Source: Thainema sp.
GTDB lineage: Bacteria > Cyanobacteriota > Cyanobacteriia > Phormidesmidales > Phormidesmidaceae
Assembly: GCA_052168235.1 (NCBI GenBank)
Contig: JBQLZK010000017.1
Location: 1-64,000, forward strand
DNA: 64,000 nt
Reading direction: 5' to 3'
The notes below the pieces were generated by a model. That model was given only the letters and a program-made list of their open reading frames with translations, searched no databases and had not been told where the DNA came from. The translations under genes were made by a program, and so were the position numbers. Position 1 is the stretch's first letter, and each line of letters starts with the position of its first letter. Positions 20,049 through 30,300 of the stretch are shown here, in pieces.

Positions 20049-21596
20049 ATGGCTCATCCGTCCCCGAAACTTCGTCCATATCAGGGACAGTTGATTAATG
20101 ACCTGTACGCCAAGATTAATCAGGGGCATCGTCGGATTGCCATTGTTGCCGGGACGGGTGCGGGTAAAACCGTGATTGGCGGCCAAATCTGTGCTCAGGC
20201 CGTTGCCCACGGCTGCCGCCTATTATTTATCGTTCATTTAGACATCTTGATTGAACAGACCTTCAACAAGATGCAGTCATTTGGGCTAGAGTGCGGCTTC
20301 ATTAAAGCGGGCTGGCCGGAAAATCCAGACGCACCGATTCAAATTGCCAGTGTGCAAACGCTGGGCAAGCGCTCCTGGTGGCGCAAGTGGCCTGCTAATC
20401 TGGTCTTTTTTGATGAAGGCCACACCACCGTTTTCTCCCAAGTCGGGCAAGAAATTATCTACCGTACCCACCCCAATGCGGTTCATTTAGCACTGACCGC
20501 AACGCCCTATCGTTTAGGTCAGGAGCAGCTCGGCGACCATTTTGAAACATTTGTGGCTTCGCCTGTGCCCTCAACGCTTCAGGAAATGGGCTTTCTGGCC
20601 CCTATGCGGTATTACAGTATGCCCGCTGATGGCCAGGCGGATCTGGGCGGTGTCCGCACAGTGGCGGGTGATTACCATGAACGCGATTTGAAGAATGCCT
20701 GCGATCGCCCAGAGCTAGTTGAGAAAATTGTGGATGAATGGCATCGCCTCTGTCCAGGCAAGCGCACGATCGCGTTCTGCGTCGATATTGAACATGCGCG
20801 TCACGTTGCGGCAGCGTTTCAGGATGCCGAAATTCCGGCGGCAACGGTGGAAGGGGGAACGCCAATTAAAGAGCGGAAGCGGCTCTATGATGCGCTGGGC
20901 GCGGGAGAGCTATTGGTTCTCACTTCTTGTAATGTAATTAGCATCGGTTTTGATGAACCTAGTGTGGAAGTTGGTTTGCTGCTGCGTCCGACCCAGTCCC
21001 ATGCGCTGCATCAACAGCAAATTGGTCGGGTGATGCGAATTTCGCCCCAGACGGGCAAAGCCTACGGGTTGATTTTGGATCAGGCGGGCAATCTGCAACG
21101 GCTAGGTTTTCCAGAAGATATTGAAGCTTACACGTTGCCGACGCGCACCGATTCGTCGCCCGGTAAACCACCACCGACCAAACAGTGTCCGGCCTGTGGC
21201 TGTCTGGTCTATGCCTTTGTCACCGACTGTCCGAGTTGTCATCACCAGTGGCTGAGTGAAAAAGTGATTCAAGCCGATGATCTAATTGAGGTCATTACCA
21301 ATCTCTCGCGTGAACAACTGCATCAGCTCCAGGACGAAGCAGCACTGATTGCGCTGTTCCATCACCAGCGCCGCCGCACCTTTGAGCAGGGACAAGGCCC
21401 CAACTGGGCTAAGCGAGCATTCTATGAGCTGACGGGACGCTGGCCCCAGGAGGAATGGTGCCGAGGATCGGTGTTTGGTCATAGCCCCACTCTCCAAGAT
21501 CAGGCCACCTATAAACGATATCTGACGCAGCTTGCCCATCGTTACGGTCGGCCCATTAGCTGGGTGATGCATGAATATCAGCAAGAATTTGGCTAA
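20049..21596 (+). CDS. SF2 DEAD/DEAH-box helicase with C-terminal Zn ribbon (RadD/YejH or phage-like)
   Basis: LRPYQ, GTGAGKT, DEGH, LTATP, GFD.P, QQIGRVMR, CPAC...CPSC. Confidence 0.9.
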   Translation: MAHPSPKLRPYQGQLINDLYAKINQGHRRIAIVAGTGAGKTVIGGQICAQAVAHGCRLLFIVHLDILIEQTFNKMQSFGLECGFIKAGWPENPDAPIQIASVQTLGKRSWWRKWPANLVFFDEGHTTVFSQVGQEIIYRTHPNAVHLALTATPYRLGQEQLGDHFETFVASPVPSTLQEMGFLAPMRYYSMPADGQADLGGVRTVAGDYHERDLKNACDRPELVEKIVDEWHRLCPGKRTIAFCVDIEHARHVAAAFQDAEIPAATVEGGTPIKERKRLYDALGAGELLVLTSCNVISIGFDEPSVEVGLLLRPTQSHALHQQQIGRVMRISPQTGKAYGLILDQAGNLQRLGFPEDIEAYTLPTRTDSSPGKPPPTKQCPACGCLVYAFVTDCPSCHHQWLSEKVIQADDLIEVITNLSREQLHQLQDEAALIALFHHQRRRTFEQGQGPNWAKRAFYELTGRWPQEEWCRGSVFGHSPTLQDQATYKRYLTQLAHRYGRPISWVMHEYQQEFG

Positions 21597-21651
21597 TCAG
21601 GGCTCTATAATGCGCTGCTTATACAGCCTGTAAAATTCTCTCTTCAGTTTA

Positions 21652-21740
21652 TAGCGATTCTAGATAAGAACGAGAGAGGAGAGTGCCTCAGCCTGAGGCA
21701 CTCTCCTCTCTCGTTCTCTCACTCTTAACTGGAATCACTA
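21652..21740. mobile_element. 89-bp MITE, copy 1 (TA-flanked, imperfect terminal inverted repeats, internal hairpin)
   Basis: TA|tagcgattctagataaga...tcttaactggaatcacta|TA; near-identical inverted copy at 55569-55657. Confidence 0.85.
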
Positions 21741-22043
21741 TATTTGGATGGGTTATCGATTAGCAAACAGGTGTGCTGTGGCTAGATTGCGATCGCAACT
21801 TTCGATCAATCAGTAACAGCTCTGTCAAATTGCCTACAGCAATGCGTTGCCGCAAGCGAGAAAATCTATATAAATCACAAAATTCATAGAAATAAACCTA
21901 TCAACCTACCTATCCATAGAAGTAGGTAGGAGCAGGTCGTATCTTTCAAAAGACCCACACAGCTTACTTAACATTTGTTTACAATAAAGAGCCAAGGTTG
22001 ATTCGATCGACGTATGCCTTAGTTGTTGAGGAGTTTAAGCAAG

Positions 22044-22367
22044 ATGTCATTGCCCCTACTGATTAGCGAACAGCAGGTTCAACCATTCAATTACTATCAG
22101 GACGGTGCAATCTTTTGTGCGATCGCATTTCAGCGTAAGTTTTACAAACGAGTCTGCCAGTTCAAACAAGCAGAGCGCTCCAAAGCCTATACAGTGGGTT
22201 ACCAATTTGGTGAACATGGCAACAGCGTTGTGATTACAGCTTCGGATACGCACTATACACTTTGGGTCGATGTGCGCGCAGATGTTGCCGCTATCCCCAT
22301 CATTGAAATGTCGGATTTGTTTAGATCCACGCCTGGCCCAGCCGCAGTCGGGGTAAGTGCTGCATGA
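22044..22367 (+). CDS. conserved cyanobacterial hypothetical protein
   Basis: GAGGAG RBS before ATG at 22044; R.KAY..G and VIT.S...Y.LWV.VR pattern. Confidence 0.7.
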   Translation: MSLPLLISEQQVQPFNYYQDGAIFCAIAFQRKFYKRVCQFKQAERSKAYTVGYQFGEHGNSVVITASDTHYTLWVDVRADVAAIPIIEMSDLFRSTPGPAAVGVSAA

Positions 22368-22511
22368 AAATTGGCACTCTATGTCGATCTCTGTGATCTA
22401 GACAGAGTGTTGATTAGTTGTTTAGTTGGCAAAGAGGAGGGTTGCCAGCATTAAACCCTCCTCTTTGCTTTACCAGTCGGCTTTGTGGATGTTCTCAAAA
22501 GCAATGGTTTA

Positions 22512-22748
22512 TTAGCGCGACTGAGGTGGCTGCTTAACACCCGTACCGTAGGATTCACTGTACCGCTGTGGTACATCCTCTAGAACCTCGCCGCTTTGAT
22601 CGGTTTCGTCTTCAACAGGAATATTGGTGCTGTGGGTCGCTGAAGCCAAATCTTCTTTGTCAGTTGAACTGACATGGGCTTGCTCAGCAGTTTCGTTGGC
22701 GCTGTGGATACGATTGGCCACGTCTCGCCGTTTAGATTCTTCAGACAT
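22512..22748 (-). CDS. small acidic hypothetical protein
   Basis: ATG at 22748; hydrophilic; followed by a hairpin at about 22429-22468. Confidence 0.55.
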   Translation of the reverse strand: MSEESKRRDVANRIHSANETAEQAHVSSTDKEDLASATHSTNIPVEDETDQSGEVLEDVPQRYSESYGTGVKQPPQSR

Positions 22749-23098
22749 GGTGCTGCTCTCGTGATGCGTTAACCCCTGCACGATAACGAGGTCAATACGG
22801 ATTGGAAATCTCCACAAGGTCGGAAATGGCAACGGCTATCGAGCAACATCTGCGATCGCAGAAAATCCCTCTCTTAGTCATACCGTTAGCTAGAGGCAAT
22901 CCTATCGGAACCCGTTTAAGATGCCCCATAATGTGCAATTTCAATAGACAAAATCTTGGCTCAGGCAGCACCAAGCATCTATTAGGAGATCTAGGAGGTG
23001 TTTAAAGACCAAAATCAGGGGCTGAAATAAATTGTTGCGGCTAATCATTCTCGTCACTCTCGATTTATTTACGACTTATTTGAAGGACGCTTAAACCT

Positions 23099-25225
23099 AT
23101 GCATGTTGCAATTTGGCCTGGTAATGTTTATCCTCTGGGAGCAACTTGGGATCGCAAAGGCACTAACTTTGCCTTGTTTTCGGAACATGCAACTGCGGTC
23201 GATTTGTGCCTGTTTGATAAGAATGGCGAAGAGACTCGCGTTCCACTGACTGAGGTCAGCAATTTTGTTTGGCACGGCTATCTGCCCGGTATCGGCCCAG
23301 GCCAAGAGTATGGCTATCGAGTGCATGGCCCCTATGCGCCACAGGATGGGCACCGTTTCAATCCCAACAAGCTGCTAATCGACCCCTACGCCAAAGCCAT
23401 TTCAGGTGAAGTGGGCAACGGGCCAGAACTGTTTGGCTATGACTGGGAAAGCCCAGATGAAGACCTGTCGTTCTCAGAACTGGACAGCGCTCCCCTCGTG
23501 CCTAAGTCCGTCGTCGTCGATGAAACCTTTGACTGGGAAGATGATACCCCGCTGCTTACGCCCTGGCATGAAACCATAATTTACGAGGTGCATGTCAAAG
23601 GGTTTACTAAGCAGCATCCCGACATTCCCGAAGAACTGCGAGGCACCTACGCGGGTATGGCTCACCCTGTCGCAATTGAGCACTTGCAACGGCTGGGGAT
23701 CACGGCAGTCGAGCTGATGCCGATTCATCACTTTCTGTCTCGCCCCGGACATTTGGCCGACAAGGGAATGCGCAACTACTGGGGCTACGACTCGATTAAT
23801 TTCTTCGCTCCATTTGCAGGCTACAGCTCTAACGGCATCTTGGGTGAACAGGTTAGCGAGTTCAAAGAAATGGTGAAAACCCTGCACCAGGCAGGAATTG
23901 AGGTGATTCTGGACGTGGTGTACAACCACACGGGCGAAGGCAACCACCTTGGCCCCACGCTTTCCCTGCGCGGTGTTGACAATGCCAGCTACTATCGCCT
24001 GGTTGAAGATGATCCTCGCTACTACATGGATTTCACGGGCTGCGGCAACTCCTTGCACATGCGGAGTCCCCAGGTACTCAAGCTGATTATGGATAGCTTG
24101 CGCTATTGGGTATCTGAGATGCATGTGGATGGCTTCCGCTTTGATCTGGCCTCGGCTCTGGCCCGAGAGCTGTACGACGTGGATCGACTGTCGGCCTTCT
24201 TCGATCTGATTCACCAGGATCCCGTATTAGCTGGCGTGAAGCTGATTGCTGAACCCTGGGATGTGGGCACCGGCGGCTATCAGGTGGGTAACTTTCCAGT
24301 CAACTGGTCGGAGTGGAACGGCAAATATCGTGATACGGTACGCGATTTCTGGCGTGGTCAAGATGAAACCCTGGGCGAGTTTGCTTATCGGTTGACGGGC
24401 AGCCCCGATCTCTATTTCCAGATGAATGGCCGACAGCCGAATGCCAGCATTAACTTCATTACGGCTCACGATGGCTTCACGCTCAACGACTTGGTCAGCT
24501 ACAACGATAAGCACAACGAAGACAACGGTGAAGATAACCGCGATGGCGAGAGCCACAACCGCTCCTGGAACTGTGGTGAAGAAGGCTTAACTGATGATCC
24601 GGAAGTCCTACAGCTCCGTGAGCAGCAGCGGCGCAACTTTCTGACAACTCTAATGCTGTCCCAGGGCGTACCCATGCTGTTGGGAGGTGACGAGATTGGC
24701 CGCACTCAGTTGGGTAACAACAATGCTTATTGCCAGGACAACGAAATCTCCTGGTTTGACTGGCAGTTACCGGAAGGGAACGAAGACCTAATTAATTTCT
24801 GCCGCGAGCTGATCTACTTCCGTAAGCAGCACCCGGTCTTTCGGCGGCGCAAGTGGTTCCAGGGACGGGCCATTCATGGTTTTGAGGTGACCGACATTAG
24901 CTGGCACAATCCCGATGGCACGGAAATGACTGGCGAGCAATGGGACGCTGGTTTTATCAAGTCAATTGGCGTTTTTCTGAATGGCGATAAGATTCCCAGT
25001 CCGGGTAGCCAAGGCGAGCGGATTAGCGACAATGACTTTCTGATATTTTTCAATGCCCATTACGAAACAATTGAGTTTCACTTACCGAAGATATTCCGCG
25101 AGTATCACTGGTCAGTGCAGATCGACACAAAGGAACCCCGATTTGTCACCGAAGAGCGAATTTTCACGGCTGATCAAACGATCCCCGTTGCAGCACGCTC
25201 AATCGTAATTTCGCAGCGGCTGTAA
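23099..25225 (+). CDS. glgX: glycogen debranching enzyme (isoamylase)
   Basis: PG..YPLGATWD..GTNF, NYWGY, DVVYNHT.EG, DGFRFDLA, AEPWD, FITAHDGFTL. Confidence 0.97.
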   Translation: MHVAIWPGNVYPLGATWDRKGTNFALFSEHATAVDLCLFDKNGEETRVPLTEVSNFVWHGYLPGIGPGQEYGYRVHGPYAPQDGHRFNPNKLLIDPYAKAISGEVGNGPELFGYDWESPDEDLSFSELDSAPLVPKSVVVDETFDWEDDTPLLTPWHETIIYEVHVKGFTKQHPDIPEELRGTYAGMAHPVAIEHLQRLGITAVELMPIHHFLSRPGHLADKGMRNYWGYDSINFFAPFAGYSSNGILGEQVSEFKEMVKTLHQAGIEVILDVVYNHTGEGNHLGPTLSLRGVDNASYYRLVEDDPRYYMDFTGCGNSLHMRSPQVLKLIMDSLRYWVSEMHVDGFRFDLASALARELYDVDRLSAFFDLIHQDPVLAGVKLIAEPWDVGTGGYQVGNFPVNWSEWNGKYRDTVRDFWRGQDETLGEFAYRLTGSPDLYFQMNGRQPNASINFITAHDGFTLNDLVSYNDKHNEDNGEDNRDGESHNRSWNCGEEGLTDDPEVLQLREQQRRNFLTTLMLSQGVPMLLGGDEIGRTQLGNNNAYCQDNEISWFDWQLPEGNEDLINFCRELIYFRKQHPVFRRRKWFQGRAIHGFEVTDISWHNPDGTEMTGEQWDAGFIKSIGVFLNGDKIPSPGSQGERISDNDFLIFFNAHYETIEFHLPKIFREYHWSVQIDTKEPRFVTEERIFTADQTIPVAARSIVISQRL

Positions 25226-25274
25226 ATGCCTCGCGTCATTCCGCACCGCCAGGCATTTCAGCTACTGCAAATCA

Positions 25275-26606
25275 TTACAGCACTCGCAGGATACTCGGTA
25301 CGCTATTGATGGAGCTGTAGCTTTGTAGTTCGCCTAACGCGGTGTGGAAATCTCCTTCGCGGACATTGTGCGTAACCACCACAATTTCCGCTAGCTCATC
25401 CTGGAAGCCAATTTGTACCACCGACTCCAAGCTGACGTTGTGATTGCCAAACGTCGTGCCCAGCTTGCCGATAACGCCCGGTTCATCCTTTGCCAGCAGC
25501 CGCACATAAAACCGCGTGACTAGATCCTCAATTGGCGTAATTGTGCAGTAGTGCTGATGCGAACAGGCCAGTAGCGGATCGAGCGGCTTTTGTCCTGATT
25601 TCTCGGAGCTGCTATCACTGCCGTGCTCCACCATCAGAATGGCCGCAATATTCAGCACATCGGACATTACTGCGCTGGCTGTTGGCCCCGAACCTGCCCC
25701 CGGCCCAAAAAACATGACTTGTCCCACCGGATCGCCTTCAATCAGAATTGCGTTGTAGACATCGTTGATGCTGGCTAGTGGGTGCGACTTATTCAGCAGC
25801 GTTGGATGAACACGTATCTGGAGCTGCTCATCATCCGGTGAGCTACCCAGTTCGCGTTTTGCGATCGCAAGTAGCTTAATCACAAATCCCAGCCGATCGG
25901 CATAGGTAATATCGGCGGCTGTAACGCCGCGAATGCCTTCACAGTACACCTCGTCTAGCTTAATTCGTCCACCAAAGGCCAGCGAAGCGAGAATGGCAAT
26001 CTTATCAGCGGCATCCAGACCGTCTACGTCTGCCGTTGGGTCAGCCTCGGCATAGCCGAGCCGCTGCGCATCGGCCAGAATATCCTCAAACTGGCCACCC
26101 TCCTGCTGCATCCGCGTCAGAATATAGTTGGTCGTACCGTTGACAATACCCGTAATGGTGTGGAGACGATTGGCGCAGAGTGACTGCTTTAGCGGTTCCA
26201 CTACTGGAATGCCGCCGCCCACAGCGGCTTCCAGCAGGACATACACTCCGGCTTTAGTCGCGGCGGTGAAAATCTCGTCGCCGTAGCGGGCAATTACCGC
26301 TTTGTTGGCTGTTACAACATGCTTGCCGTTTTCAATGGCTTTTAGGATTAGCGATCGCGCGGGTTCCAGGCCACCAATCACCTCAACCACAATATCCACT
26401 GCCGGATCAGTGACAATCGAGTCCAGGTCAGTCGTCAGACGCTCAGTGGGAATCTCAATTTCACGCGGCTTGTCTAAACTGCGAACTCCTACTTTATAGA
26501 GTTCAAGCTCATTCGTCAGCGGATGCCGCTGCGCCGTGTCGAGTACGATTTTGGCCGTGCCTGTGCCAACTGTTCCGAGTCCCAATAAGCCGATTTTGAC
26601 AACCAA
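25275..26606 (-). CDS. hom: homoserine dehydrogenase with ACT domain
   Basis: GLLGLGTVG, VVTANKA, EAAVGGGIP, NGTTNYIL, GYAEADPT.DVDG.DAA.K, GAG..PTASAV; probable TTG start at 26606. Confidence 0.95.
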   Translation of the reverse strand: MVVKIGLLGLGTVGTGTAKIVLDTAQRHPLTNELELYKVGVRSLDKPREIEIPTERLTTDLDSIVTDPAVDIVVEVIGGLEPARSLILKAIENGKHVVTANKAVIARYGDEIFTAATKAGVYVLLEAAVGGGIPVVEPLKQSLCANRLHTITGIVNGTTNYILTRMQQEGGQFEDILADAQRLGYAEADPTADVDGLDAADKIAILASLAFGGRIKLDEVYCEGIRGVTAADITYADRLGFVIKLLAIAKRELGSSPDDEQLQIRVHPTLLNKSHPLASINDVYNAILIEGDPVGQVMFFGPGAGSGPTASAVMSDVLNIAAILMVEHGSDSSSEKSGQKPLDPLLACSHQHYCTITPIEDLVTRFYVRLLAKDEPGVIGKLGTTFGNHNVSLESVVQIGFQDELAEIVVVTHNVREGDFHTALGELQSYSSINSVPSILRVL

Positions 26607-26722
26607 GGGTTTTAACCTTCCCACTACATGTTCACCCCAATTATTGTAGTGGTAGGACTTCACCATTGACGGTGGATTTCGTTGAAGCTGTTGAAATTAT
26701 TGGTCAAAAGGCGTTCAATTGC

Positions 26723-27313
26723 TTAGCCATTTCGTTCCGACGACAGTAAGCGGGCAGAGACCACGCCACCGATGAAGCCAAAGAGGTGCCCCTGCCAAGA
26801 TACGGTATCGTCAGTCGGTAAAACGCCCCAAATCAAACTACCGTAAAACAGGATCGCGATGACCGACAAGGCAATTGAACTCATGCTGCGCTCAAAGTAT
26901 CCTCTCGATAGCAGAAACCCGAAATAGCCAAAAATCAGGCCGCTAGCGCCCACATGGATCGAGTTGGGACTGCCCAAAAACCAAGTGCCCACACCGCTGA
27001 CAATCAGGGTAATCACTGACACTACGAAGAAATCACTTGTTTCCCGCAGCATAATTAGCCAGCCTAGCGTAAACAGCGGTACGGTATTTGCCAGCAAATG
27101 GCCAATCCCATGATGCAGAAACGGGGCAAACAAGACGCCTCGCAGCCCAATCAGGTGACGGGGCCAGATACCAAATTGATCAAGCCAACCGTTTAACAGA
27201 TGTAGATCAAGCAGCTCAATCGCCCACAACAGCACCACGAATCCGCCCAGAATGCGGATATGCTGTCGCACTTCCTTGGCCAAAGCATTCGTTTTTTCTT
27301 GAAATCGGCTCAT
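26723..27313 (-). CDS. rhomboid-family intramembrane serine protease
   Basis: PFLH....HL..N, GASG catalytic Ser, SWQGHLFG catalytic His. Confidence 0.92.
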   Translation of the reverse strand: MSRFQEKTNALAKEVRQHIRILGGFVVLLWAIELLDLHLLNGWLDQFGIWPRHLIGLRGVLFAPFLHHGIGHLLANTVPLFTLGWLIMLRETSDFFVVSVITLIVSGVGTWFLGSPNSIHVGASGLIFGYFGFLLSRGYFERSMSSIALSVIAILFYGSLIWGVLPTDDTVSWQGHLFGFIGGVVSARLLSSERNG

Positions 27314-27316
27314 TGA

Positions 27317-30300
27317 TTACTCTTCAGTCACAGAAGCAGGCGTCTCGGCTGGCTCTAAACGGGGTTTTACGCCAAAGGTCAATACCGTTTCATCCACTCC
27401 CTTTAATTTTAGAGGACTGAACTTAACGATTTCATTCTCGGTTAGGTAGTCGGCTACGGCGGCGGAAACGAGAATCGCATCTGGATCTGCCGCCTCCTGA
27501 ATGCGAGCCGCAATATTTACACTGGGGCCAATGGCGGTATAGTCTGAGCGCTGTGCCCCACCGAACAGTCCCACAACCGCTGTGCCTTGGTGGATGCCGC
27601 AGCGGAATTTAACTTCACCGATACCTTGGGATCGCCATTTTTCATTAAGCTGATCGAGGCGATGATACATCTGACGAGCCGCTGCGATCGCACGTCGCAC
27701 TTGTTCATTGGGCGAAATTTCTTCCGGTGCGCCAAAAATAGCTAATACGGCATCACCCATAAACTTATCGACCGTGCCGCCATTATCAAAAATGGCGTAG
27801 GTCATTTCTTCCAGGTACTCATTTAGCAGCTCGGCGACCCGCCGCGATCGCAACGTATTCGACAGTTGGGTAAAGCCAACAATGTCGCTAAACAAAATCG
27901 TTACCAGCTTTGGCTCAGGCCGGAGATCGAGCGAGAGCTTTCCTCGCGCCGCTTTTTCCACCATCATCGGCGGCAAGAAGCGCTGAAGTACCGATTCAGT
28001 CAAATACGTATTCAGCTCAGCAATCCGGCGCTCATTCGCTTTCAGCGCCAGAAGATTACGCACTTCGGCCAATAGTTCGCGGTTATTAAACGGTTTCGAG
28101 AGGTAAGCATCGGCTCCCTGTTCTGCTCCCGTAATCCGCGTATCCTCGTCTGCTTTGGCAGTTAACAAAATAATCGGAATGCCCCGCAGATGCTCATTAG
28201 CCCGCAGTTGACGAATCATGTCTAATCCCGACACTACGGGCATCATCAGGTCGGTGATGATCAAATCGGGTTTGCGCGCCTCGGCCATTTGATAGCCTTC
28301 CGCCCCGTTGCGAGCACCGTAAACCTCATGACCAGCCTGCTGCAAGATTTGCGACACATAGGCCCGCAGGTCGTTATTGTCATCTACGACCAGAATATTA
28401 GCGGTAATAGCCGGAGCAATTGTCGTCTCAGCTTCGTTGAGCGCGGGCAGCGGCGTCATAGGCAACGGATCAGCCGTCGAGGCAACCGCCCGTTGATCTA
28501 GCTCAATATCAGCGAGTTCAACCAATGCGCGACTGGCCGTACTTTCAACGGCAGCTTCGACAATCGCTTCAGCCGATAAATGGTCGGTACCCGTTCGCAA
28601 TCGAATTTTGAAGGTCGTGCCCTTGCCATAAACTGAACTGACCTCAATCTGGCCACCGTGCATATCAACTAACTCTTTCACCAGTGCGAGTCCGAGGCCG
28701 CTGCCTTCATAACTGCGGTTTTCTGAACCATCAGCCTGCCGGAAGCGCTCAAACAGATGCGGAATCTGATCATCTCGAATGCCGATCCCAGAGTCAGAGA
28801 CCTCAATGATGCAGTCGTCGCCATCTGGATAGAGGCGTACCGTGATGCTACCGCCCGCCTGAGTAAACTTCATGGCGTTGGACAGCAGGTTGTACAGCAC
28901 CTTATCAAACTTCTCGGCATCCAGATAAACCGATGGACAGGGAGAAAGCTGAGCAATTAGCTGGAGCTGTTTGCGATCGCAGTAGGGCTGGAACGATTCC
29001 GTAATTTGGCTGACAAATTCCTCAATGTTGCAGGGACGGAACTTGGGCTGCATTCGTCCGGCATCTAGACGCTGCAAATCGAGGAGCTGATTCACCAAGC
29101 GCAGCAAACGGCGAGAATTGCGCAGAGCAATCTCCGACTGCTCGTAGCTCAATCCCTGCTTTTGAGCGACGGCGGCTTCCAGCGGCCCGATCGTTAAAGT
29201 CAACGGCGTGCGGAACTCATGGGAAATATTCTGGAAAAACTCGGTCTTTTGCCGATCCAGCTCCATGAGCTGTTCCGCCTGCTGCCGTGTTTTTTGGTAA
29301 AGACGAGACTGCTGAACTGCGATCGCAGCTTGGGTAGCAACAGCCTGAGCCAAGCTAATTTCTGTTGCTTGCCAAGTCCGCGGTTGATTTTGGCGCAGCG
29401 AAATGCTGCCAATAATCTTGCCTGCCGTCGTCAAGAGCGGAACCACCAGCAGCGCCCGCGTATGCACCCGCAGCGGCAGATCCGGCATATTCAGTTCCGG
29501 ATGCTGAACCAAGTCGTGCACCACTACCGGCTGTTGCGTCTCCAGCAGCCGCAGCAGTACTGGGTTACCCTCAATCGGAGCCAGAGACTGTGGCAACGGC
29601 TTATGCAGGTCTGATGTGCGAACCTCATCCACAGCCGTTGAAACCCGATGGTTTAACTGAGCTTGATGATAACTTGCTGAAGAATGCAAGACATCCCACG
29701 CTTCAGGCGTCGCTACCGATACAGCCGCCGTGTCAGCCGATTCGCTTCCTTCATTAGGGTGCTGATCGGCTGCATCATAGAGTCCAACACACTGGACATA
29801 CTCATCATCCTCAGTCCAAAGCGACAGGGCGCAGCCATCAGTATTGAGGACTTCTCCCAGATTCTTGGTAATGGCCGCAAAAATATCTTGGGGATCGAGG
29901 CTAGAGCGGATTGCTGTGGTAATCGTGTTGACTAACGACTCTCGCTGAGCCAAAGCTTGAGACTGTTCATAAGCGCGAGCCTGCGATAGCGCCAAGGCAG
30001 CCTGATCAGCCACCATCAGTAAAATCTGCACTTCGTCGCCTCGCCAGCGCCGAATCTCATGCTTTTGGTGTAAGGCTAAAACCGCCAGTAGCTCCTGCTG
30101 CACCATCAGTGGCACCAGGAGCGATGAGCGAATATCTTGACTGAGATAGGCTTGCCGCCGCTGCTCACCCTCTGGTGTCTCTAGACAAATGCGGGGATCT
30201 GAGTGAACATCCTCAATAACCAGAACGTCATCTGTTTCCCAGATAGTCTGGGTTAAATCGTCAATAGAGTAAATTAGGGTTCTGGATGTCCCGTTACTCT

